Source: an uncultured Candidatus Woesearchaeota archaeon
Lineage (GTDB): Archaea > Nanobdellota > Nanobdellia > Woesearchaeales > UBA10107
Reading direction: 5' to 3'
DNA length: 64,000 bases
Assembly: GCA_963835585.1 (NCBI GenBank)
Contig: CAWIGF010000001.1
Location: forward strand, 34,184 to 98,183
Position 1 is the stretch's first letter; every line of letters begins with the position of its first letter. The notes below the pieces were generated by a model. The model did not search any database, was not told the origin of the DNA, and saw nothing but the letters and a program-made list of their open reading frames with translations. Below, one piece after another: positions 56,451 through 64,000 of this stretch. The position numbers and the translations under genes are program-made.

Positions 56451-57386
56451 CTATTTCTCAATGTATATGCAATGACTATATTCTTTTAATATTTCTTCAA
56501 CTGGTTTTAATCGGGCTCCATCTATTCTTTTTATTCTCATCGGATTAAAATTACTCTTATGTGGATTGAACGGCTCTCCGTCGACAACGAAACATGCCTT
56601 GAAATGCTCTTTGAAATAATCCCGCACATCTTTGTTATTTGGATAATATCCATATGCGTATGCCCAATATTTAGGAGCGGGAATTCCATGTTTCTTGAAT
56701 TTTTCCAGAAGGGGTTCGACTTCTGCCCTTGCTTGTTCAACTGTTGCGTTTCGCAAGCTGCAATGCTTTGTTCCATGTCCTTCGATAGTTATATTTAGTT
56801 CTGAAAACTCTTCGAGAATTTCATCGAGACGGGTTTTAGAAGTACCAAGATTTTCATAAGGAGATGAGACAAAGAAAACTGCAGCCCTTCCGAAATCTTT
56901 GTGTACCTCAGTGAAATTTTTGTAAACTTGTATAAATTCTGGATTCTCAATACAATCGTCTACAGACAATACAACAGGCTTCTTTCCTTTCGGTAAATGC
57001 ATCGTGCCGTTGACTGCGTCGTCAAGAGGAACAAGGAAGAAATCATCCCGATATAAATAAGACAACATTGCCTCAAAGACCGGCTCAGTAAGGTGATTTC
57101 TTGCGCCTGGTTCTAATGAATGGTATATCGAATGAAAAAGCAATATTGGAATGAATCCTTCGTTTTCGCATTTTATGTGCGATGTCTGGGCAGGAGAAGA
57201 AATTTCTTTTGAAACCATAGCGGGAGTTGATTGTTGGAGAGGGACATCTGGCAAATATATCTGAGGTTTGGAAAAACCGATTGGTGTAGGTGTGTCGACA
57301 AGAGATGGAGTTGGTGTTTGTGAGAATAGTTGTGCAGAAGAAAGTATACTCGCTGCCAATAGTCCGCTAATGACTGTTTTTTTCAT
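56451..57386 (-). CDS. Secreted hypothetical protein (possible polysaccharide-deacetylase-like fold)
   Basis: Signal peptide. PILLFHSI and DD segments. Low confidence on family. Confidence 0.3.
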   Translation of the reverse strand: MKKTVISGLLAASILSSAQLFSQTPTPSLVDTPTPIGFSKPQIYLPDVPLQQSTPAMVSKEISSPAQTSHIKCENEGFIPILLFHSIYHSLEPGARNHLTEPVFEAMLSYLYRDDFFLVPLDDAVNGTMHLPKGKKPVVLSVDDCIENPEFIQVYKNFTEVHKDFGRAAVFFVSSPYENLGTSKTRLDEILEEFSELNITIEGHGTKHCSLRNATVEQARAEVEPLLEKFKKHGIPAPKYWAYAYGYYPNNKDVRDYFKEHFKACFVVDGEPFNPHKSNFNPMRIKRIDGARLKPVEEILKEYSHCIYIEK

Positions 57387-57492
57387 GACGAAACGTCCAA
57401 AGAACCTCCCTTATCATATTGTTCGACGAGATATTTAAGCCTTATTAACGCCAACAGCAATCTTTATAAATTAACCATAAGACCAAAACATC

Positions 57493-58269
57493 ATGGCAAA
57501 GCAAACAGTTGAAGCTATGATTGCGGGCGGCAAAGCTAGCGCATCCCCTCCACTTGGACCAGCTCTTGGACCTACAGGACTCAACGTAGCTGAAGTCATA
57601 AAAAAAATTAATGAAAAAACAATAGCATTCAACGGTATGCAAGTGCCAGTAAAAGTAGTTTTTGATCCTTCTGATAAAACATTTGACATAACAGTTGGAA
57701 CTCCTCCTGCAAGTTCATTGCTGAAAGGAGAAGGTAAGATCGAATTGGGTTCCGGTTCCGCGAAATTGGACAAGGTTGCAGATTTACGAATAGAACAGAT
57801 AATCAAGGTCGCAAAGATGAAGGAAGATTCTCTCGCAGGACGAACACTCAAAGATAAAATAAAGGAAATCATTGGAACATGCTTGTCTATGGGAATTTTA
57901 GTGCAAGGAATGGACCCAAGAGACGCTATCAAGGCGGTAAATGCAGGAAAATATGACGCTCAGATCAAAGCAGAGAAGACAGAATTGACAGTTGAGGAAT
58001 TGAAAGCAATAGATGAGGAAAAGAAAAAACTCGCTGCAGAGTCGGAAAGACGACATGCACAAGAAGAGGCAAACGCAAACCAGATCATGAAGGAAATGGA
58101 AGGCAAGCCAACATCCACAATAAAGGCAAAGATGATAGAAGTGGGAATTTCGCGAATGGTTATCGACAAATTGCTCGGTCTTGGAAAAGCAGCAGCTGCG
58201 CCAGGAGCACCGGGAGCACCTGCACCAGCGGGCGCAAAACCAACTGCAGCAGCACCTGCTAAGAAATAA
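57493..58269 (+). CDS. rpl11: 50S ribosomal protein L11 with about 95 aa Ala/Pro/Lys-rich C-terminal extension
   Basis: N-terminal L11 signature (SASPPLGPALGPTGLNVAEV). C-terminal AAAPGAPGAPAPAGAKPTAAAPAKK. Confidence 0.85.
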   Translation: MAKQTVEAMIAGGKASASPPLGPALGPTGLNVAEVIKKINEKTIAFNGMQVPVKVVFDPSDKTFDITVGTPPASSLLKGEGKIELGSGSAKLDKVADLRIEQIIKVAKMKEDSLAGRTLKDKIKEIIGTCLSMGILVQGMDPRDAIKAVNAGKYDAQIKAEKTELTVEELKAIDEEKKKLAAESERRHAQEEANANQIMKEMEGKPTSTIKAKMIEVGISRMVIDKLLGLGKAAAAPGAPGAPAPAGAKPTAAAPAKK

Positions 58270-58414
58270 TTATCTTCTTTTAATCAGATATTTTTGTTTA
58301 GTTCATATCCTTTCCTGAACCGAAACCTTTCTCTAAAAATATAAGTATATTTATAAGTATTTATATAAGATAATAGATATATATTTAAATAAGCATATAA
58401 ATAAGTATAAAAAT

Positions 58415-58579
58415 ATGACCGAACTCAAACGAAAGCTCTACAAGAGAGGCAGCTCGTACGAGACGACAATCCCCATGCCGTTGCTTTTCGCACTGGACAA
58501 GAAAAAGAAGCACAATGTTGTTTTCAAATTTGACAATCAAAGAAACAAATGGTATATAGAATTCGAGGAAGTGAAATGA
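58415..58579 (+). CDS. Small AbrB/SpoVT-like protein (54 aa)
   Basis: Translation MTELKRKLYKRGSSYETTIPMPLLFALDKKKKHNVVFKFDNQRNKWYIEFEEVK. The beta-CASP RNase ATG lies at 58576-58578 and the stop at 58577-58579, so the two ORFs overlap in different frames. Confidence 0.4.
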   Translation: MTELKRKLYKRGSSYETTIPMPLLFALDKKKKHNVVFKFDNQRNKWYIEFEEVK

Positions 58580-59835
58580 AACTTATTTTCCACGGCGGAG
58601 CGAAAGAAGTCGGAAGGAGCTGCATAGAGATAAATTCAGGAAAGAGCAGATTCCTGTTCGATGTCGGGGCAAAACTAGGAATGGAGACAGAATACCCTAC
58701 AATTCCAAATAAAATCAAAACAATTGATGCAACGATTATCACTCATGCACATCTGGATCATTGCGCAGGATTGCCGTACATGAACAAGCAAGGACTTGAC
58801 TGCCCGATATTCATGACGGAGGGCACGAGAGAGCTCGCAAAAATACTCATCAAGGATTTCATGCACGTTGAATCGCTGACAAGCGTTCCTCCTTACACAA
58901 AGGACAATATGTTTTCTGCGTTTTCAGAGTTCCATTCAAAACCATACAGACAAAGATTTCAGATCAAGGATGCAAATTTCATGTTCTTTGATGCGGGACA
59001 CATACCAGGAAGCGCAATAGTCGTCATAGAGACTGAAGGAAAGCGCCTCGCATATACTGGAGATATCAACATGACACCTACAAGATTGGTACAGGGAGCC
59101 GATCTTCATATTGGAGAGATTGACGCACTAATCATAGAAACAACATACGGGGACAGGGAACATCCGGATAGAACGCAGACAGAAAATGATTTTCTAAATA
59201 AAATAAAAGAAACAATCAAAAGAGGAGGAAGCGTATTCGTTCCTGTATTCGGAGTGGGAAGAGCACAGGAGATTTTAATGCTGCTCAATACGCAAAAGCT
59301 TAACGCTCCCATATACCTAGACGGCATGTCACGGGATGTTACTGATCTTATTATCCAAAACAATTGGTGCAGAGACGTTGGCGCATTAAAGAAAGCAAGA
59401 GACAACGCAACATATCTGAGAGGAAGGCAGGAACGGAAAGACGCGCTAAAGCAACAAGGAATATTCGTGACAACATCAGGTATGCTCACAGGAGGTCCAA
59501 TCCTTGAATATCTGAAAGAAGGATATGGAGACAAGAAAAATTCCATTTTGCTTACAGGATATGTGATTGAAGGCACCAATGGGCGATTATTAATGGATGA
59601 AGGATCCATTTTCCTGGAAGGGAAAAAGGTCAAGGTGAAAGCGGAGTACACACAATACGACTTTTCAGCTCACTGCGGATTAGATGAACTGAAAGAAACA
59701 ATCCAGAAACTCAATCCAAGAAAATTAATCCTTCTGCACGGCGATGAATCAGCATTGCAGAACATGGCAGAGGAACAAAGAAAGAAAGGTAGAGAAGTAT
59801 TCATCCCAGGAATAGGGGACGAAGTTTACATTTAG
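58576..59835 (+). CDS. Metallo-beta-lactamase/beta-CASP family ribonuclease (aRNase J/aCPSF2-like)
   Basis: HxHxDH motif ITHAHLDHCAG. Beta-CASP region. About 420 aa. Start set at MKLIFHGG. Confidence 0.8.
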   Translation: MKLIFHGGAKEVGRSCIEINSGKSRFLFDVGAKLGMETEYPTIPNKIKTIDATIITHAHLDHCAGLPYMNKQGLDCPIFMTEGTRELAKILIKDFMHVESLTSVPPYTKDNMFSAFSEFHSKPYRQRFQIKDANFMFFDAGHIPGSAIVVIETEGKRLAYTGDINMTPTRLVQGADLHIGEIDALIIETTYGDREHPDRTQTENDFLNKIKETIKRGGSVFVPVFGVGRAQEILMLLNTQKLNAPIYLDGMSRDVTDLIIQNNWCRDVGALKKARDNATYLRGRQERKDALKQQGIFVTTSGMLTGGPILEYLKEGYGDKKNSILLTGYVIEGTNGRLLMDEGSIFLEGKKVKVKAEYTQYDFSAHCGLDELKETIQKLNPRKLILLHGDESALQNMAEEQRKKGREVFIPGIGDEVYI

Positions 59836-59853
59836 ACAAAAAGAGGTGTTGAC

Positions 59854-60192
59854 GTGAAAGATAGGTTTAAGGAATTTTTGGAAGATCTGAACTACAACGA
59901 GCTTCTTGACCTACAAAAGAGCGTAAAGGACAAGGATTCGGACATACGGAAAGTTCTTGACAATCATGTTGATGTTGTCGAGCGAATGAATGCCCGAGTC
60001 TGCGCAACATGCGGGAACCAGCTCCTTCCGAATAACACCAAGAACCTTGTCCTCCATTTCGGCCCGGAGGATTTCAAGAAGAAGGCATCGTTCTGCGCAT
60101 TTGATTGCCTGGAATTCTTTGTCGAGCAATTGAAAGCAATGGAGAACAAGAAAGAGAAAGACAAGAAAATATATGGAAGATATACCAAATAA
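59854..60192 (+). CDS. Hypothetical Cys-containing protein
   Basis: CATCGN...CAFDC. Confidence 0.3.
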   Translation: MKDRFKEFLEDLNYNELLDLQKSVKDKDSDIRKVLDNHVDVVERMNARVCATCGNQLLPNNTKNLVLHFGPEDFKKKASFCAFDCLEFFVEQLKAMENKKEKDKKIYGRYTK

Positions 60193-60790
60193 AACATTAT
60201 CAGTGATTGTCGGCATGGCACTTGTTGTATCTGTAATAGGGATGTTCAGTTTGTCTGATCATTTAAATCTAATAACAGGATTCGGAACTACGGGAACTGC
60301 GCAAGTCAATATCACAAAATCAGCTATCCTAAATGTTACTCAGCCTACGATGGATTTCGGAAACGGAACTATTTCCCCTGGCGCTAATTGCGTCATGTCA
60401 TCGCTTGACGTGTCAAGAGATCCCAATAATTGTTTCACTGCATCAAACGGCTTGAAAGATGCCACTAACAGCAGTTTCCATGCGCAGAATGTCGGAAACG
60501 TTGCATTGAATGTAACGGTAACTGATCTTTATTCAAATGCATCCGCGTTCTGGGGCGTTAATGGCGGAAACTACACATTTGAGTGCTTAGACAATGTGAC
60601 AAACAATGGTGCATCCGGGGAAGTAACAACATGGACGACGCCAAATTCCACTGCTCCACTGAAATGTTCACTTTACCTGAACTCAACATACTTGCAGAAC
60701 GAGTTCTTGTTGGCAATAAATATTTCGATCCCAACGACAGCATACGGTTTCAAGAACGACACATGGACATTCACAGCAACTCAGGCTTAA
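60173..60790 (+). CDS. Secreted or surface hypothetical protein
   Basis: N-terminal hydrophobic segment LSVIVGMALVVSVIGMFSL. Many sequons. Confidence 0.4.
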   Translation: MEDIPNKTLSVIVGMALVVSVIGMFSLSDHLNLITGFGTTGTAQVNITKSAILNVTQPTMDFGNGTISPGANCVMSSLDVSRDPNNCFTASNGLKDATNSSFHAQNVGNVALNVTVTDLYSNASAFWGVNGGNYTFECLDNVTNNGASGEVTTWTTPNSTAPLKCSLYLNSTYLQNEFLLAINISIPTTAYGFKNDTWTFTATQA

Positions 60791-62403
60791 TTCTTATTAG
60801 AATATTTCTTAAGGCTCATCTGTCCCTTTCTTTTTGTCTCGTTGATTCCTTCCATTTTATCACCGACTTGTTCCTTGACAGTTCTAGCCACGGATTCTCC
60901 CAATAATTGCTTTAATGTTCCGAAATCGATTTTCTTCACATCTCCCAAATCCTTGATACCGTTGTTGAACATTTTTCTCGCTCGAACCCTTCCTATTTCC
61001 TTTAGTTGCAAGAGTGTTAGCAGTTCCTCCTTGGCTCCGTATTTCATTCTTAGCCTGAGTTTGTTGAATTCTTTCGCGAACTCATGATGCTCGTTCATTT
61101 TTGCAAGCTCATGCCACGAATACAGCAGCCAGTCGGCAACATCTAGTTTTGCCCTGGATTCTCCCGGACGCACATCAAAATTCTCGAGCATGTACTCATC
61201 ATCCTTCTCGTCCATCCATTCCATGAAAAACTGCGTAGTCTTGATTGAATTAAGGAAATCATCGTATTCAGGCTCGAACATATCAGGTTCTTCCGTAAGA
61301 AGCTCGTCCTCGTGCTCAACGACCAATGCGGTGTACTCATTATTCTCTCTGGATTTGACATTGAGAAGAGGCCTCATTTCGAGCGTGTCTGAAATCATCT
61401 GGATTAGTGCAAAGGTGGTGTGCATCTTTGCCCCAAGTCCCTCGAGCAATTTGTGCGCGGTCAATGGATCTATGTACAGCTGTGCAACCCTCCTCCCTAT
61501 TTCTGTCGCATGGATTGCATCGTTTTGCATCTCATCCGCGGATACAAAATCACTTTGCTTTGTTTTTATGAACTTGAATTCGCTAAGGAGGCGTATCATC
61601 TTGTCGATGATCGTCTCAAGTTTCTTCATGTCCTCGAACTGATGCGCCCAGAATGTTTTCGAGAAAAAATTGAGAAGTTCCTTGCGCGATGACACGAATC
61701 CTGATGCAATCAAGCTGAGAACATATGTCCTTAGCACGGGTTCGACTGCGAGCTTTGACGTTATGTTCTCCGGTTCGCCATGCACGTAACGATCAGTGAT
61801 TTCTTCCCTCTCTTTTTCAGTGGATGTGATAACAATGCTTTCTCCTTCCGTATCGTATTTTGGCCTTCCTGCCCTGCCTGCCTGCTGCAGATATTCCAGG
61901 ACAGGAATGTAATTATATCCTCTCTGGCTGAATCTCTTCACATCCCTAATGATTGTCCTGAATGCCGGAAGATCGACTCCTGCTGCCAATGTCGGAGTAG
62001 CGCATATTATTTTTATTTTTCCGGTCCTGAAATTATCTTCAATTAATTCCTTCTGTTTTGATGCCAGTCCCGCATGATGGAATGCTATCTGATATTGCAC
62101 AAGTTCCGCAAGCTTCTCGCACTGCCTTGTCGGTTTGCTCAATACATGAAGAATAGTATTGCTTAATTCTGGATTTGTCTTTTGGTGATTCTTTCTGAGA
62201 AATTTGACAATGTCTTCCGCAACTTTTTCGGCAGATCTTTTTGCGTTCACAAAAACCAGTGCCTGCTTGCTCTTTTCCAACGTGTCTAGAACGACATTGA
62301 CGACATCTTCGTTTGTCTTTTCAGGAATGGTGAAGGACTTAGTCATTTCTTGCGATGATCTCCAGCAATAACGGAAATTCCTTGTATTCGGATCCTTTTT
62401 CAA
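60787..62403 (-). pseudogene. hel308: Hel308/Ski2-like helicase lacking the N-terminal RecA1 ATPase domain
   Basis: The protein begins within RecA2 (ALVFVNAKRSAEKVAEDI...). Helicase C motifs IICATPTLAAGVDLP and QQAGRAGR, then WH/ratchet/HLH domains. No Walker A or DExH box. Confidence 0.65.
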
Positions 62404-62899
62404 GATTGAAATGTCCCTGCCCTTTTTTCACGATCAGCTCCCCTCCTAATTGCTTGGATAGATATTGCGCATGCTCGAGTGGACAATATGGATCATTATC
62501 AGAATGTATGAATATGAATTTCTTTGCATGTTTTTTTATTTTCTCAAAGTCAAACTTTTCTTCGAACAATCCATCAAGACTTTTCTCTCCAAGATTGTCT
62601 TTGAATGATCCTACTAGGATACACGTGTTGACAACAATGTCTTTTGGAAGGTGCTGCAGTAATCCAAGAATTGCAACTGCTCCTGAAGAATGCCCTATTA
62701 TGAACGAATCAGAATTGAATTTCCATTCTTTGTTTTTAAAAATGAATTCATTGTATTTTTTTATGTTTGGTGCATCTGCACCAGGCAAGTCCGGACTCCA
62801 TACTCTCCAGCCTTTCTTCTTAAGTTCTGTTTTCAGCCACGGGAACCAATTTCCCTGAGATGAACTTCCTGTTCCGTGGAGTATGAGTGCATTTTTCAT
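62339..62899 (-). CDS. Alpha/beta-hydrolase fold esterase-like protein
   Basis: Nucleophile elbow GHSSGA, plus a downstream Asp and His. Confidence 0.55.
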   Translation of the reverse strand: MKNALILHGTGSSSQGNWFPWLKTELKKKGWRVWSPDLPGADAPNIKKYNEFIFKNKEWKFNSDSFIIGHSSGAVAILGLLQHLPKDIVVNTCILVGSFKDNLGEKSLDGLFEEKFDFEKIKKHAKKFIFIHSDNDPYCPLEHAQYLSKQLGGELIVKKGQGHFNLEKGSEYKEFPLLLEIIARND

Positions 62900-63339
62900 A
62901 AATTCTCCAACAATTTGCTGATTATCTTTTGTTTAAGCTTCTCAGAAATTTCAATATTTCCTTCCCTGTCGTAGTACTGCCCAAATTTGGAATCCGAGAA
63001 TTTTGTTCCATCAATTACGACATCATGATCGTAACGAGGAAGGAAATGCCAATGAACATGAGGTTGTGGTGGGTTTTCTTTGTATGCGTCATTCATCAAA
63101 CAAGTCCAATTGAACATAGTAGCATCAAATGACTTTTTCGTAGCATTTTCAAGTTGCTTTGCTATCCCGAAAAAATCCAAGATCTCATTTTGCTCAAGTT
63201 CAGAAAGATTTCCACAGTGTCTTTTCAAAACAACAATACACCTGCCAAGCTGGCTTTGATTCATTCCAAGAAGAATGTTCCAGTACTTTGTTTCTTTTAT
63301 GAAATTAATCTTTTCTTTCTTGCAAAATATACATGCCAT
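62896..63339 (-). CDS. HIT-like protein
   Basis: HVHWHFLP histidine triad variant. ATGA overlap with the esterase. Confidence 0.55.
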   Translation of the reverse strand: MACIFCKKEKINFIKETKYWNILLGMNQSQLGRCIVVLKRHCGNLSELEQNEILDFFGIAKQLENATKKSFDATMFNWTCLMNDAYKENPPQPHVHWHFLPRYDHDVVIDGTKFSDSKFGQYYDREGNIEISEKLKQKIISKLLENL

Positions 63340-63377
63340 GTTGTTTTGTGTTTATTTTCCATTTAATAAAGCTAATG

Positions 63378-63695
63378 CCGGGTTGTCCTTTGCTAAAAAA
63401 GTGGTGCGCCCCCCGTGACTTTCAGTGAACTCATTTCTGAGTCCGACGTTTGAACACGGGACCGTTATCGGTGTTTTGTAACACTCTCGATGTCTAGCCT
63501 TGCTGAGCAAGGATATCAGTTTCACTTCCGCTTACTTTCGCACGGCGGAACGAGTGCTCCATTGCCCCGCATCCCGCAAGCATTTGCGGGGAGCAGTCCA
63601 GGCTAAGCTAGGGGCGCACGTTAACAAGAAGGAAGTAGCTCATTTTTAAAGGTTTCCTATAAACCGCAGTACCAAAACCCACAGGACAACCGCGT
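63378..63695 (+). ncRNA. GC-rich structured RNA of about 320 nt, candidate SRP RNA (7S)
   Basis: Local GC far above the genome background. Terminal helix GGTTGTCCT (63381-63389) pairs with AGGACAACC (63683-63691). Alu-like GUGGUGCGCC and UGUAAC near the 5' end. Helix-8-like GAAGGAAGUAGC in the 3' half. Confidence 0.45.
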
Positions 63696-63732
63696 GTGAG
63701 GCTTATAAGTCATAAATTCTATTTATTCTTGA

Positions 63733-64000
63733 TGACGAAAGTATTTACAAAAGAACAAATCAAAGAAATACGAGAGATTTATCTTCGTTTGAAATCAGTA
63801 CACAAAGTAAGTAAAAAACTTCATATCTCAATAAGCACTGCATACAAATATGCTGGTGATTTAGCTCCGCACCAAAACATCATAACTTCATTAAAAACAA
63901 AGAATGAGCGATTAATTGGTATTTATGTTGGATTGTGGATGGGAGATGGAACGCAATTTTATAATGGTCGTTTCAATATTAAAATTTGTAGTAATAAAAA
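63733..64000 (+). CDS. LAGLIDADG-family homing endonuclease with N-terminal HTH (partial, runs off the window)
   Basis: Segment LIGIYVGLWMGDGT is a LAGLIDADG motif. N-terminal HTH-like KEQIKEIREIYLRLKSVHKVSKKLHISISTAYKY. Confidence 0.5.

Noticed and set aside
1-64000. CRISPR arrays or rRNA genes
   Set aside because: No regularly spaced short direct repeats with unique spacers were seen. The only tandem repeats are the ~100 bp tRNA-Leu-associated units. The GC-rich RNA at 63378-63695 does not carry 16S/23S/5S hallmarks.

Overview
AT-rich (about 35% GC) archaeal chromosomal segment; the gene content and compact organisation look like a DPANN-type archaeon, but that is inference.

Core genes are recognisable by motif and by conserved archaeal gene order: rpl21e–rpoF–DUF655, S19e–L39e–L31e–Cbf5, ftsZ–secE–spt5–rpl11, L15e, thermosome, GluRS, leucyl aminopeptidase, HisD, FKBP, Lhr helicase, SepF.

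Accessory or mobile segments, which carry the most interesting signals:
- 6.9–11.4 kb: an array of toxin–antitoxin and regulator cassettes anchored at tRNA-Leu(TAA). Cassettes are punctuated by three copies of a ~100 bp repeat that ends in the tRNA 3' end, consistent with reiterated att sites.
- 22.8–26.7 kb: a tightly overlapping 11-gene operon of small uncharacterised proteins plus a small-domain SAM methyltransferase, next to an AbrB–PhoU-like regulator and a eukaryotic-like Ser/Thr kinase. This is my best candidate for an undescribed system.
- 34261–37910: a 3.65 kb element with near-perfect 31 bp inverted ends and 8 bp direct repeats (TCATTTCT). It carries a zinc-finger DDE transposase (IS1595-like), a complete type II restriction–modification system and two tRNA genes.
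- 51325–52214: an IS5-family element inserted about 15 bp upstream of the thermosome TATA box. Its transposase ORF has no stop and reads in frame into the thermosome gene.

Other observations:
- Threonine synthase is interrupted by a single in-frame TGA.
- A Hel308-like helicase lacks its first RecA domain.
- A GC-rich structured RNA resembling SRP RNA is followed by a LAGLIDADG endonuclease.
- A GH16 glucanase island has elevated GC.

No CRISPR array or rRNA gene was seen. Hand-derived coordinates (RNAs, small ORFs, repeats) may be off by 1–2 nt; ORF-track coordinates are used otherwise.
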